Below are positions 9,278-19,168 of a DNA stretch of 64,000 bases, piece after piece. This stretch comes from Polyangiaceae bacterium (GTDB lineage: Bacteria > Myxococcota_A > Polyangia > Polyangiales > Polyangiaceae). Numbering within the stretch: the stretch's first letter is position 1; every line of letters starts with the position of its first letter. Where the stretch lies: the NCBI GenBank assembly GCA_050287085.1, contig JBNKBE010000008.1:183798-247797 (forward strand), in the 5' to 3' direction. The translations under genes and the position numbers were made by a program. The notes under the pieces were generated by a model. That model was not told where the DNA came from, ran no database searches, and saw nothing but the letters and a program-made list of their open reading frames with translations.

Positions 9278-10375
9278 CTATTCGCCTTCCGGACGGGCGA
9301 GATAGGCCGCGATCTCCTGCTGCAGCGTGCGTGCGAGTTCCCCCGGAAGCTGTTCGAAGCTACCAGCGACCCGTTCTAGGTTCCGCTGGTAGACAAATAG
9401 CCGCACGCCCGTGGTCTTGGCAGCTGGATCGGACGACTCGTTCTGAGCCTTGGGTTGGTCCGCAGGGGCCTTGGAGGCGGGCGATTCAGGCGCTTCGTCC
9501 AGCAGCAGCAAGGAGCGAGGATCCACGCCATCAGCCACCACTTCGAAGCCGGGGTGGGGAGCCACAAAGACGTCGTCTGTCGCAACGAAGTTTGCCAGTT
9601 CTGCCGGAAGCTCCTGGAGTGCTTTGAGGACCAGTCGATGAAACGCTCCGCGGGTGAGCGTCCAGGGTGGAGCAGCGGCTTGTGAGTCGAGCTCCAGCGT
9701 CTGCAGAAACGCGTCCGTTGCTTCGCGGTTCTTGCCCTGCTCTTCTCGCACCAGCGCCAGGTAGTAATACGCTTCAGCGTTGTCCGGCGCGGTCTGTGTT
9801 GCCTCTTCAATCAGCGGCGCTGCGCGCGCGACTTCGCCGACCTCGAAGAGAGCTCGTCCCATCAAGAAAGGGTGGACGGGGTTGTCGAAAGGCCCGGTCG
9901 GAAAGCGAGCGCACAGCTTCTTCGCGGCCTCGAGCCGTTCTTGACCCATCAGGGCGTCGAACTTGAGCAGTAGTGCGTCGACCCTCTCATCGGCATCCTC
10001 GCACAGGTCCAGAGCTTCGTCGCAGAGCCGCTCCGCCTCCTCGAAGGCTCCTAGCGGGTGGATACACAACTCGGCCGCGTTCAGGATCGCTTCCAAGTAG
10101 GTGTCGTCCAGGGCTATGGCTTGTTCGTAGTGTTCGCGTGCGTCGTCGACCTCACCCCGCATGGCTGCGATGAAGCCGAGCAGGTTGTGGGCTTCGGGAG
10201 ACTCGTTTTCGAGGTCCAGCGCGCGTCGAGCGGATGCCTCGGCACCCAGTACGTCGCCCTTCTGCACCAGGTCCCAACCGCGGTCCATGTGGGCTGAAAA
10301 CTGGTCCATCGCTGCGTATTCGAGCTCGGGCTCATCAGCCTCGAGCTCTTTCTTTGGGGGAATTGGAATTGACAC
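9278..10375 (-). CDS. TPR-repeat protein with degenerate C-terminal zincin-like (DUF1025-type) domain
   Basis: TPR helices ('PEAHNLLGFIA', 'AEAYYYLALV'); C-terminus 'DPRSLLL...RLFVYQRNLER...LARTLQQEIAAYL'. Confidence 0.75.
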   Translation of the reverse strand: MSIPIPPKKELEADEPELEYAAMDQFSAHMDRGWDLVQKGDVLGAEASARRALDLENESPEAHNLLGFIAAMRGEVDDAREHYEQAIALDDTYLEAILNAAELCIHPLGAFEEAERLCDEALDLCEDADERVDALLLKFDALMGQERLEAAKKLCARFPTGPFDNPVHPFLMGRALFEVGEVARAAPLIEEATQTAPDNAEAYYYLALVREEQGKNREATDAFLQTLELDSQAAAPPWTLTRGAFHRLVLKALQELPAELANFVATDDVFVAPHPGFEVVADGVDPRSLLLLDEAPESPASKAPADQPKAQNESSDPAAKTTGVRLFVYQRNLERVAGSFEQLPGELARTLQQEIAAYLARPEGE

Positions 10376-10387
10376 GTTGGCCTCGGA

Positions 10388-12166
10388 CTACTCGTGCACC
10401 ACGACCCAGCTGCCGGGACGTTGGTCTGAGGACCAGGCGCCGTACCACCCCTCGTACACCACCGGGTCGGTGTGGAAGAACAGGTATTTTGCATCCAGGG
10501 GCGCGAGGTTCACGCAGCCATGACTCATTTTGACGCCGTAGTTCTGATGCCAGAAGGCACCGTGGGTAGCGTAGGAGCGGTAGAAGTACATGATGTAGGG
10601 CACGCCTTCAATCGAGTAGGGCAGGTCAGACGCAGTTCCGTCACCGTCCATCGTCGCGGCGATGTGTTTCTCGCGCACGCGCCAGCGGCCGACCGGGGTG
10701 CTGTGGTCCTGCTCTTTGACCCGGCTGGTCTTGCCGCTCGAGATTAGACTTGCATAGAACGGCGTGTCGCCGCGAAAGGCGACGATCGTTTGGGTCGCCG
10801 TATTGACATCCAACCAGCGCTCCTCCGGCCCGATGTCGTCCGGTTTCGGACTTGGGCGAGTCACTCGCACATGAGCCGAGCGCACCCAGTAGCCGTCCAT
10901 GCTTTCAAGATACGTCGTCTTGCCGATATCGACGGACTTGCCCGTTAGGTTGACCGCGCTCAGCCGTTCGAGCTTGCCAGCGACCTTCGCACGCTTGCCT
11001 TCCTCGTCGATTTCGTAGGTAGGACGGGTTTTCTGGTAGCCGTAGACCCATCCGATGGGCAGTTGCCAGGTTTCGTCCAGCTCCACCCCGTGGAAAGACG
11101 ATCCGTCTACGAAGTGGTAGAACTCGGCGGGCGCCGTGTACGCCTTGGTTGTCTGCAGGTAGCGTCGACCCTGCCAGGTGAACACGCGGTTAACAGCGAT
11201 ATAGAAGCCCTTCAGTAGACGCATCGCCAACACTGAGTCGCTGTCTTGCGTCAACGCCTCTTTGGTGATGGCGTTGAGATTCGGATCTTCTTGCTTCCAC
11301 CAGGGGGCCCCAGCGTCCGCGTCGGAGCCTTCACCGGGCGCTTTGGGCTTGGCCGCGGACTCGGGTGGGTTGCCGCGCAGCTGCTGCAGGCGTTCGCGCA
11401 TCTTCTGGAAGCGACGCTCGGCGTCGTCGACGGGCGCTGCACTGGGCGCCGCGCTGGGCGCCGCGCTGGCCGTTGTCGTCGGCGGCGATGTCTTGGGCAC
11501 GGCCGGTTTGCTCGGGGCTAGGCGCTCGTATTGCGAGATCTGCTCTTTGGTCGGGACCGAGCGATACAGGGGCGAGCCGTGTTTGGTGTTGCGGGCATAA
11601 CGATAGGGGAGGACCGCCTCGAGATCGGGGGGGGCAGGACCGTTCTTGACCCGCGGATCATTCGGGTTGATGGTGCCATGGTCGCCGCAGACGTAGCCAC
11701 CGTCGATGAGCTCGTAGAATCCGCTGCGGCAGCCTGCCCCTGGGACTTTGTCGGGTTTGACGGGGAGCCGGCCCCCTTGTTGCGCGTAGCCGATCTTATG
11801 ACCACGCGCGATCTTGGGCACCGAGTACAGGCCGGTGCTCGTTCTCGTGATGACCAGAAATGGCCCTTGCCATGGCGGGCGCTCGGCGGGTTCTTCAGCG
11901 GTGACGGAAGGCGCGGGTGCGGTCGCGTCGGGGACGACCGTAGGGACCGCAGGCTCGCTCACCGTTGGCACCGGCGCACTTTCGCTCTGCAGCGGCGCAG
12001 GTTGTTTCGAGCTGTCGTCCTGGCTCTCGGTACAGGCCAGCAGCCCGAACGCCAAAGGGAGGAGAACCACAGCAAGGGCCAAAGGCACTGAGCGGAGCGT
12101 GCGGAGCGGCCCTGGTCGAACACGGGGCCGTTCGAGATCGAAAGACGGAAGCAAACGTTTCATCAT
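10388..12166 (-). CDS. L,D-transpeptidase (YkuD family), probable lipoprotein
   Basis: Catalytic motif 'HGAFWH...MSHGCVNL'; 'ISSGK...TPVG'; lipobox-like 'LLAC'. Confidence 0.9.
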   Translation of the reverse strand: MMKRLLPSFDLERPRVRPGPLRTLRSVPLALAVVLLPLAFGLLACTESQDDSSKQPAPLQSESAPVPTVSEPAVPTVVPDATAPAPSVTAEEPAERPPWQGPFLVITRTSTGLYSVPKIARGHKIGYAQQGGRLPVKPDKVPGAGCRSGFYELIDGGYVCGDHGTINPNDPRVKNGPAPPDLEAVLPYRYARNTKHGSPLYRSVPTKEQISQYERLAPSKPAVPKTSPPTTTASAAPSAAPSAAPVDDAERRFQKMRERLQQLRGNPPESAAKPKAPGEGSDADAGAPWWKQEDPNLNAITKEALTQDSDSVLAMRLLKGFYIAVNRVFTWQGRRYLQTTKAYTAPAEFYHFVDGSSFHGVELDETWQLPIGWVYGYQKTRPTYEIDEEGKRAKVAGKLERLSAVNLTGKSVDIGKTTYLESMDGYWVRSAHVRVTRPSPKPDDIGPEERWLDVNTATQTIVAFRGDTPFYASLISSGKTSRVKEQDHSTPVGRWRVREKHIAATMDGDGTASDLPYSIEGVPYIMYFYRSYATHGAFWHQNYGVKMSHGCVNLAPLDAKYLFFHTDPVVYEGWYGAWSSDQRPGSWVVVHE

Positions 12167-12346
12167 GAAGGTGGCTGCGGCTGGTGTAGAGCTTAGGTAC
12201 CTGTTGCCACAGCAGCGCCCGGAACAGCCAATTTCCGAACAGCGTCTTCTATAACTCCGACGCGGCGCGAGTGGGAGTCTGCATCCATGGGTGAGCTTGT
12301 CTGCTGAATCGCCAAACCGCCTACCAGCCGAAATGGACGTTTACGC

Positions 12347-13894
12347 TTGAGCCTCATGGCAGAGAATACCTGGCTTAGAGGACGTTTCCCGTGGGTATTG
12401 GGGCTCTCGCTGGCATTGCATTTGCTGCTGACTCCCGTTGCCAGCCTACTCGGCTTGATTTCTCTGTTGGGCCCCGCGCCGCCCGCGCCGTCCCTCGATG
12501 AGGAGATCTTCGAAGAAATTCCGATTGAGCTATTTGAAGGCCCACTCGAGCGGGCCACGACCTTGCCCGACGAAGATCCGGTGGAATTGGTCGAGCAGCT
12601 GTTCGAGCCTGAGCCGGACGCCATCTCAGCTCGGGAGACGCCGAAAGCGGAAGCCCCCGCGGAGAGACCGAGAACAAGCCCAGCGCCCTCATCGCCGGAG
12701 CCCAAGAGGGAACCGCCGCCCGCTGCGTCGAGCACTGTCCCCCCTGCGCCGAGTGCCACCGCACCTCCGCCGAGTGCCACCGCACCGCCCAGTCCACCCG
12801 CCAAGGCCGGACCCGAAGAGAAGCGGTCACAAGTCAATCCGATAGCGCTCCGCGGCAAGACTGCCAAAGCGGTTGACCAGAAGGCATACGTGGGCCTTGT
12901 GGTCTACATGGACAGGGTTCGCTCACACCCTGCCGGCAAGAAGATCGGCGCCCTGCTGCCGCAGCTACCCCAATGGCGGGATTTCTTCCGGGCCAGCGGG
13001 CTCGATCCGGTGCAGGATTTCGAGCGGCTCCACGTAGTCGGCCCGAGCTTCACGAACTCGAGCCAGGTGATAGCCCAGCTCGAGTATCGCACGAGCACCG
13101 AGCGGGTCGTCAGCGCCGTGGATCAACTGGTCCGGCGCAGTGGCGGGCGATGGGTGAGTCGCGCGCCTCCAGTGGCGCGAGCCTACGCAGATCGGGCGGA
13201 ACGCAGTTTCATCGTGCGAGCGCCCAACGCGGTCGTGGTCGCCCCGCCCAAGTTGGAAGAGCGGCTGCTGGCAGCGGGACGACCTGAGATTGCCGAGCCG
13301 GAGAGCGACGAGGCCGTCGTTGCGCGCATCGAGAAGCCACATGCGCCTTTTGCCCGCTTGGGGGTTATGCTGCCGCAATCGCTAGAGTCGATCACGCTTT
13401 GGCTTTACCCGCGAGCGCAAGGTGCCGTCGAGATCTACGCGGAGGGGCGAGATCATTCCGCCGCTGAAGCCCGAGAGCACGCTTTCGGACTCGAGCAACA
13501 GCTTAACGGCGCGCTTGCGGTGGTCTCAAATCTGTCGAGCTTCTTTGGTCGCATCGGGTTCGGCGGCGGCGTCACGTTTCCCCAGATCAAGCTGAGCGCC
13601 AAGGGCCGGGTCATTCAAGGTCGCGTTCGACTGGACGCTGGCCAGGTGGACTTTGTGCTCGCCCGACTGGAGCGCCAACTCACGTTGCGGGCTCGGGCGC
13701 TGGACGCTCGGGCGGCAGCGGCCAGCGCCGCATCTGCGAGGGCCCCCACTCAGCTGGAGGCGGCGGGCGGGGGCGCCGCTCGAGGCACACCTACTCAGCC
13801 GGAGGCAGCGCCCACGCCGAGAGCCAAGACCCGCCAGGACCCGCCGCCGTCCTCAAGCGGTGGACCAGGGCCCGCCTCACCCCCAGCACCCTAG
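12347..13894 (+). CDS. Hypothetical membrane-anchored protein with TonB-like TM (SxxxH) and Pro-rich linker
   Basis: 'LSLALHLLL' TM, Pro/Glu-rich spacer with PPPSATA repeat, globular C-terminal domain. Confidence 0.7.
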   Translation: MSLMAENTWLRGRFPWVLGLSLALHLLLTPVASLLGLISLLGPAPPAPSLDEEIFEEIPIELFEGPLERATTLPDEDPVELVEQLFEPEPDAISARETPKAEAPAERPRTSPAPSSPEPKREPPPAASSTVPPAPSATAPPPSATAPPSPPAKAGPEEKRSQVNPIALRGKTAKAVDQKAYVGLVVYMDRVRSHPAGKKIGALLPQLPQWRDFFRASGLDPVQDFERLHVVGPSFTNSSQVIAQLEYRTSTERVVSAVDQLVRRSGGRWVSRAPPVARAYADRAERSFIVRAPNAVVVAPPKLEERLLAAGRPEIAEPESDEAVVARIEKPHAPFARLGVMLPQSLESITLWLYPRAQGAVEIYAEGRDHSAAEAREHAFGLEQQLNGALAVVSNLSSFFGRIGFGGGVTFPQIKLSAKGRVIQGRVRLDAGQVDFVLARLERQLTLRARALDARAAAASAASARAPTQLEAAGGGAARGTPTQPEAAPTPRAKTRQDPPPSSSGGPGPASPPAP

Positions 13895-13971
13895 GTGGTT
13901 TCTGCGGCAAGTGGCTCGGCGTGTGCGCAAGGCCGTTTCCGAGCTTAGGACAGCCCCCAGCCGCGTGAGAA

Positions 13972-15141
13972 CTAGTAGCGAGAGAAACCGCGCAGCTCAG
14001 CGAGGCGCTCAAGAGCCAAGCGCGCCCGCTGCTGATCGACTCGCGCGAGTCCGAAGCGACCAGCGCGTACGGCGCTGAGCTCCACGCGCACCTGGGGGCT
14101 GCGCAGCGAGAAGAAATGCGTCAGCAAGAAGTCGAGGCCAACACCCGCTGCCAGCGCAAGCAGGCCCATCGATAGGAGGCTGGGTGAACCGCCCGGGGTG
14201 CGGAGACTATCGCTCACCCAGGCCACGCCGAGATAGCTGCCGACGGCGAGTGAGAACAGGCCAGCGTACAAGCCAAACCCCGCGTAGCGGGTTTCAACAC
14301 GGATGCTCCTGAGCTCGGTCAGGGGAATGAAGCGACGACTTTCGCGAACGCGCTGACCCAGGAATGTCCGGGTCTCGAGCAGCTCTGCACCTCGCGGCGT
14401 GAAGGACCACCGTCCTTCACAACGTCGTTGCAACGCGTAGCGCGCAACGAGCCTGATGAGTGCGCTCACCAGCAGCAGTCCCGTGGCGGCAAGGAGGATC
14501 AGCTCGAGGGGGCGCCGCGGGTGAAAAGGTTCACCGACTAGTGGCCCCGCGCCTGTGGCGTATTGCGACAGAACGCTCAACGCGACGGGGTCGGTCACCT
14601 CGAGCAGCGCGTTTTGGCAGACGTGCTGGGCCTCCAGGCTGGAGCCGCGCAGCAGCGCGAAGAGAGCGATCAGCTGCTCGCCGCGGTGGCGATCGCCCTC
14701 GTTCAACGTGGCGCCGAGCAGACTCCAGAGGGCGCTGCGCCCGTCGGCATCGAGCAGCGAGTCCAGATACAGCCAAGGATCCAGCCCGGTATGGGTTGCG
14801 AGCCACAGAAGCTCCCCGAGAAGCTCGGGATGCAGTGCGGAATCCTGCCACAGCCCGGCGTAGCCAGCGGCTGACAGCGCGGAGACCAGCTGCCACTCGT
14901 CCGCCCCCTTGGGGCCCACGTCCACGATCTGTAGCAGATTTCCGAAGGGCGTTTCGGCGTCTTCGACGGGCAGCGGCGGAAGGGGGTCCACGGCGCTTTC
15001 CGCGACCGCAGACCCCGTCAAGACCTCGGGCTGTCGCGACGCGAAGGCAGCGCGCACAACCCCCAGCGCGCGCGCTGATAAGCTCTCCCAATGGGGGCTT
15101 GGGGTGAGCTTCTGCAGCACCTCCTCCGGCGTCGCGGGCAT
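13972..15141 (-). CDS. Hypothetical membrane protein (helical N-domain plus about 3 TM)
   Basis: Long ORF with typical codon usage and three hydrophobic segments in the C-terminal half. Confidence 0.7.
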   Translation of the reverse strand: MPATPEEVLQKLTPSPHWESLSARALGVVRAAFASRQPEVLTGSAVAESAVDPLPPLPVEDAETPFGNLLQIVDVGPKGADEWQLVSALSAAGYAGLWQDSALHPELLGELLWLATHTGLDPWLYLDSLLDADGRSALWSLLGATLNEGDRHRGEQLIALFALLRGSSLEAQHVCQNALLEVTDPVALSVLSQYATGAGPLVGEPFHPRRPLELILLAATGLLLVSALIRLVARYALQRRCEGRWSFTPRGAELLETRTFLGQRVRESRRFIPLTELRSIRVETRYAGFGLYAGLFSLAVGSYLGVAWVSDSLRTPGGSPSLLSMGLLALAAGVGLDFLLTHFFSLRSPQVRVELSAVRAGRFGLARVDQQRARLALERLAELRGFSRY

Positions 15142-15197
15142 CGGGCACTCGTTAATGAATGCCGCGACGTTGGGGAAGAGAATCAGAGCGCCGCGGC

Positions 15198-15608
15198 TCA
15201 GATCCAGAGCGGATCGTCGTGAGAACGAGTGGCCGGCCCTGGGATTTCTGAGACCCTAGGAGCTGTGATGCGGTTGCTCTCGTCGACAAAGACGACCGTG
15301 GGCTGGTGGCTACGAGCAACGCTATCGTCAACTTCTGCGAAGGTTGCAATGATGACCAGATCGCCCACGCCGTTGAGATGGGCGGCGGCGCCGTTGAGGC
15401 ATACCACCCCCGACCCAGCCTCGCCCTCGAGGGCGTAGGTCTGCAGCCGTGTACCGCGGCTAACGTTCCAGACATGTACGGCTTCGTAGGGCAGGATGTC
15501 TGCGGCCTCGAGTAGCTCCCGGTCGATGGTTACGCTGCCTTCGTAGTGAAGGTCGGCGTGAGTGACCGTAGCTCGATGTATTTTGCTCTTGAATACGTTT
15601 CGTTTCAT
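15198..15608 (-). CDS. panD: Aspartate 1-decarboxylase
   Basis: '[10 protein letters not shown]', cleavage site 'YEG/SVTID', 'TY', 'NGAAAH'. Confidence 0.97.
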   Translation of the reverse strand: MKRNVFKSKIHRATVTHADLHYEGSVTIDRELLEAADILPYEAVHVWNVSRGTRLQTYALEGEAGSGVVCLNGAAAHLNGVGDLVIIATFAEVDDSVARSHQPTVVFVDESNRITAPRVSEIPGPATRSHDDPLWI

Positions 15609-15828
15609 CTAGCTCACCCGTTGCGTACCTGGCGGCCCGGCTCGGGTCCGCTGGTCGTCACGAGTCATATACGGTCAAGTTCCTCCGGTTTCAACTGCTG
15701 CTATCACCCCCGGGGCGCAGAAAAAACGAGCGGGGAGGGCGTGCGCCGCGCCCCCTGGGTGAGCTCGGCCTCCATGCAATAGTTGGCCCAATTGGGCGAG
15801 CCGGGCTAGCGCGCGAGCTGGAGGTGTC

Positions 15829-16098
15829 ATGATGCCGACCGACAAGCGCAAAGAAACCAAACAACGCCTACTGGATGAGCTCGGGGATCGGCTCGTGGAC
15901 TTCTTCACTCAGCAGCGCTTCGGCGGTGACGGGCCTTCGCTCGCCCGCGCCCACGGCTTCGTGGACGGATGCATGCGGATCCTGCTGGATTCGGGCCTCG
16001 TCACCAAGCGCGAGCTGCTAGCTCTGGTGGCCGAAAAGCGCGAGCTCGTGGACGGCCCGGCGAAACGGGTGGATGCGGCGGCGGTCCAGGCCGCCTAG
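15829..16098 (+). CDS. Small hypothetical helical protein
   Basis: GGAGG RBS just upstream of ATG; 'ARAHGFVDGCMRILLDSG' looks like a conserved core. Confidence 0.7.
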   Translation: MMPTDKRKETKQRLLDELGDRLVDFFTQQRFGGDGPSLARAHGFVDGCMRILLDSGLVTKRELLALVAEKRELVDGPAKRVDAAAVQAA

Positions 16099-16949
16099 GG
16101 GGCGGCGTCCCCGAGTAGCCACGAAAGCTCAGCCCGCTTTGAGGGGGCCATGGCGCTTGGGGCTGTGATCAACGCGTTCTCCAGGGCCCGATAGGCTGGG
16201 CTATGAGTCGGATCCGGCAGGTTCGGTACCAACGCTGCGATGGATTTTTGGGCGGCCTCAGCGTTGTCCCGGAGCACCGCTAGCACCTGTGCGACGTCCA
16301 CGTCTGCTTCGCTTTCGTGCCAGCAGTCGTAGTCGGTGACGAATGCTAGCAGCGCGTAGGGCAGCTGCGCTTCCCGGGCTAGCCGCGCCTCGGGCAGCGC
16401 GGTCATACCGATCACCGCGGCCCCGAAGCTTCGGTACCAGTGGCTTTCCGCCCGCGTCGAGAACTGCGGACCTTCAATGCAGACGTAGGTTCCCCCCGGG
16501 TGGGTTACGAGCCCGGCGGAGCGCGTAGCGTCCGCCGCCGCAGTCCTCAGCGCAGCACACGTTGGGTCGGCAAAGCCGACGTGGGCCACCACCCCCTCCC
16601 CGAAGAAGGAGCTGGGACGGCCCCGGGTCAGGTCGATGAACTGATCCGGCAGCAGGACCTGTCCAGGTGCAATGTCCTCGCGCAGCGAGCCGACCGCCGA
16701 AACGCTCAAGAGCTGTGTGGCTCCCAGCTGCTTCAGGGCGCAAATATTCGCTCGTGCATTCAACTCACCCGGAGCGATGTGATGCCCCACGCCATGGCGG
16801 GGCAGAAACAGCACTTCGGTATCGCCCAGTCGCCCGCTGAGGATGACGTCGCTGGGCGCGCCATAGGGCGTTGAGACCGCATGACGCTGAACGTCGCAGA
16901 GTCCAGGAATTTGGTAGAGGCCACTGCCTCCAATCACAGCAAGTTTCAC
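16095..16949 (-). CDS. mtnP: S-methyl-5'-thioadenosine phosphorylase
   Basis: 'IGGSG', 'LPRHG', 'SAVGSL', 'EGPQFSTRAES', 'IGMT..PEA.LAREA', 'VTDYDCW'. Confidence 0.95.
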   Translation of the reverse strand: MKLAVIGGSGLYQIPGLCDVQRHAVSTPYGAPSDVILSGRLGDTEVLFLPRHGVGHHIAPGELNARANICALKQLGATQLLSVSAVGSLREDIAPGQVLLPDQFIDLTRGRPSSFFGEGVVAHVGFADPTCAALRTAAADATRSAGLVTHPGGTYVCIEGPQFSTRAESHWYRSFGAAVIGMTALPEARLAREAQLPYALLAFVTDYDCWHESEADVDVAQVLAVLRDNAEAAQKSIAALVPNLPDPTHSPAYRALENALITAPSAMAPSKRAELSWLLGDAAP

Positions 16950-16972
16950 GGCTACCCGGAGCAGTTGAGGGG

Positions 16973-17629
16973 TTAAGACGGTTCGGCGCGAGGAGGGGGC
17001 AACGTGCCCCCGAAGCCACGGTCAGCGGCGAGCAAGGACTCGGCCCGATGCGCCGAGCGGCGGATGCGACACTCCTCGGCAAGAAGGATCGACGTCAGCT
17101 GTTGCGCCGCTGCCTCGAGGTCGTCGTTCTCGATGAGATAATCAAAGAAGCGGTAGTGTTCGATCTCCCCGCGCGCGTTGCGGAAACGACGCTGCACGGT
17201 GGCCTCATCCTCGCTTGCTCGGCCCCGCAGGCGTTCTTCGAGGATACGCATGCTGGGGGGCAGAATGAAGACCCCCACCGCGTCGGGGCAGGCCGCTTTG
17301 ATTTGTCGCGCTCCCTGGTAGTCCACGTCGAAAAGCAGACAGCGAGCGGCGTGTGCTGCCTCGATTTCGGTGCGTGACGTGCCGTACAGATTGCCGTGCA
17401 CCTGGGCCCACTCGAGAAATACGTCTTGTTCGATCAGCTGACGAAACTGCGAGTGACTCACGAAGTGGTATTCGCGACCGTCCACTTCGCCTGCCCGCGG
17501 CGGACGGGTTGTATGGGAGACGCTGAAGCGGACGCCGGGAATGTGCTTTCGCAGAGCGCCGGTCAGGGTTGTCTTGCCCGCACCGGAAGGTGACGACACG
17601 ATCAGCAGCACGGGTTCCTTATTCGACAT
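16973..17629 (-). CDS. gmk: Guanylate kinase
   Basis: 'SSPSGAGKTT', 'SHTTRPPRAGEVDGREYHF', 'GNLYGT'. Confidence 0.97.
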   Translation of the reverse strand: MSNKEPVLLIVSSPSGAGKTTLTGALRKHIPGVRFSVSHTTRPPRAGEVDGREYHFVSHSQFRQLIEQDVFLEWAQVHGNLYGTSRTEIEAAHAARCLLFDVDYQGARQIKAACPDAVGVFILPPSMRILEERLRGRASEDEATVQRRFRNARGEIEHYRFFDYLIENDDLEAAAQQLTSILLAEECRIRRSAHRAESLLAADRGFGGTLPPPRAEPS

Positions 17630-18506
17630 TTTGCACTTGCTCCCGAAGCTTCTCCACGGCGGCCTTCAAGTCGACCACAGCGCTGGTCAAGTCCACGGCT
17701 TGACACTTGGCGCCGATCGTATTGGCTTCACGCCCGATTTCCTGGAGTAGGAAGTCGAGTCGCCGGCCCACGGGTTCTGCCTGCTGAAGCAGATCCTCGA
17801 ACTGAGCGAAGTGGCTGTCCAATCGAGCCAATTCCTCCGCTACGTCGGCCCGCTCACACAACAACGCGATCTCCGTCTCGAGCCGCCCTTCGCTGAGCGC
17901 TAGGTGGGCGTCGGCCACGCAGGCGCGAACGCGCTCTCGCAGCCGGCTGCGGTGGTAGTCTGCGAGTCTCGAGGACTCTTGTGCGATGCGCATCCGGGCG
18001 CCGCGCGCGGATGCGAGCAGCGCCACGAGCTCAGCTTCCAGCCCACTGCCTTCACGCTGCCGCATCGCGTCCAGCTGCTCGAAAGCCGCGTCCAACGCTG
18101 CCACCAGCGTGGGACGAATCGTTTCGACGCCGCGCCGTTGAGCGCTTCCGAAAATGTCGGGCCAGGAAGCCAAGAGCGAGAGGGGCACATCTTGTTCCGG
18201 CGCCAGTCGATCCCGCAGCGCGGTGAGCGCCCGGTAGTGGTGTTCAGCTCGCTCCAGATCCAACTCAGCGCCGCCCGCGAGCGTCGATTCGAACCGGAGC
18301 TGAATGTCTACCCGTCCACGCGTGAGGCGTCGGCGACAGTGTTGCTCCACGAAGAACGCGTGATCACCCAGCTCGCTGGCGAGCTTGACACGCACCTCAA
18401 CGAAGCGGTGGTTGAGCGAGCGCACCTCGGCCACCACCGTCTCGCCGCCGGACCCACCCGGCGCTAGCGAGGCGCGGCCGACGCCAAACCCAGTCATGCT
18501 CCGCAA
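17619..18506 (-). CDS. yicC: YicC/YloC family endoribonuclease
   Basis: 'MRSMTGFG', 'EVRSLNHR', 'GRRLDFLLQEIGREANTIGAK', 'REQVQNVE'; canonical position upstream of gmk. Confidence 0.95.
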   Translation of the reverse strand: MRSMTGFGVGRASLAPGGSGGETVVAEVRSLNHRFVEVRVKLASELGDHAFFVEQHCRRRLTRGRVDIQLRFESTLAGGAELDLERAEHHYRALTALRDRLAPEQDVPLSLLASWPDIFGSAQRRGVETIRPTLVAALDAAFEQLDAMRQREGSGLEAELVALLASARGARMRIAQESSRLADYHRSRLRERVRACVADAHLALSEGRLETEIALLCERADVAEELARLDSHFAQFEDLLQQAEPVGRRLDFLLQEIGREANTIGAKCQAVDLTSAVVDLKAAVEKLREQVQNVE

Positions 18507-18509
18507 GGC

Positions 18510-19019
18510 TCAGAGCCCCTTGCGGCGTCGGACGTCTTCCAAGATGCGTTGGTACTCCACCTCCCAGGCGGCGGAGCCCTCTTGCATATGCTTCATGCGA
18601 CTGCGAACGGCCGTGTCCACCTCGCCCTCGGAGTTGAGCACGCGGCGGAGTGGTTCGCGCAGCAAACGGCGCAGTCGATGATCCGGAGCGTAGATTTCGT
18701 CGACGTTGTGCGAGTGCATGAGAAACTCGATCAACTGATCGACAATGTAGTCGATGGCCTCTTCACCCAGCTTGAACTTGCGTTGTTCTGCGAGTTGCCG
18801 CTTCATGCGCCCGAGCTGACTGCTCGGCGCCGCCTGCCGCTGCATCATCTCCCGCGCACGCTCCGTGAGCGCCTGCTCATCGCGAATGTACTGGTTGATG
18901 ACCGCTTCGAGATCGCGTTCCACCTCGCGAGGCGTTTCCGTCTCAATGTCGTTGTGCTCCACGAGCGCTCGGAACATCTCTTGGGCGAGGCTAGCTGCGC
19001 GGGACTTGGGGATTCTCAT
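18510..19019 (-). CDS. DUF507 family protein
   Basis: From ATG 19019; 'YIVDQLIEFLMHSHNVDEIYA.D', 'EGS..W.VEY' and C-terminal 'RRRKGL' resemble DUF507. Confidence 0.75.
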   Translation of the reverse strand: MRIPKSRAASLAQEMFRALVEHNDIETETPREVERDLEAVINQYIRDEQALTERAREMMQRQAAPSSQLGRMKRQLAEQRKFKLGEEAIDYIVDQLIEFLMHSHNVDEIYAPDHRLRRLLREPLRRVLNSEGEVDTAVRSRMKHMQEGSAAWEVEYQRILEDVRRRKGL

Positions 19020-19168
19020 ACCCGCAGAGAAGTACCGTGCCGCAGGCGTCAGGGAAAGTCCGAAAAGCCCTTTCTGCACAGCTTGGTGGGTGAGAACGCG
19101 GCTGCCTCGAGATCCCTTTCATCCGAAGCGAACGGCCCCTCGAGCCGGGCAAAGCGAAAGTGTCGAGG

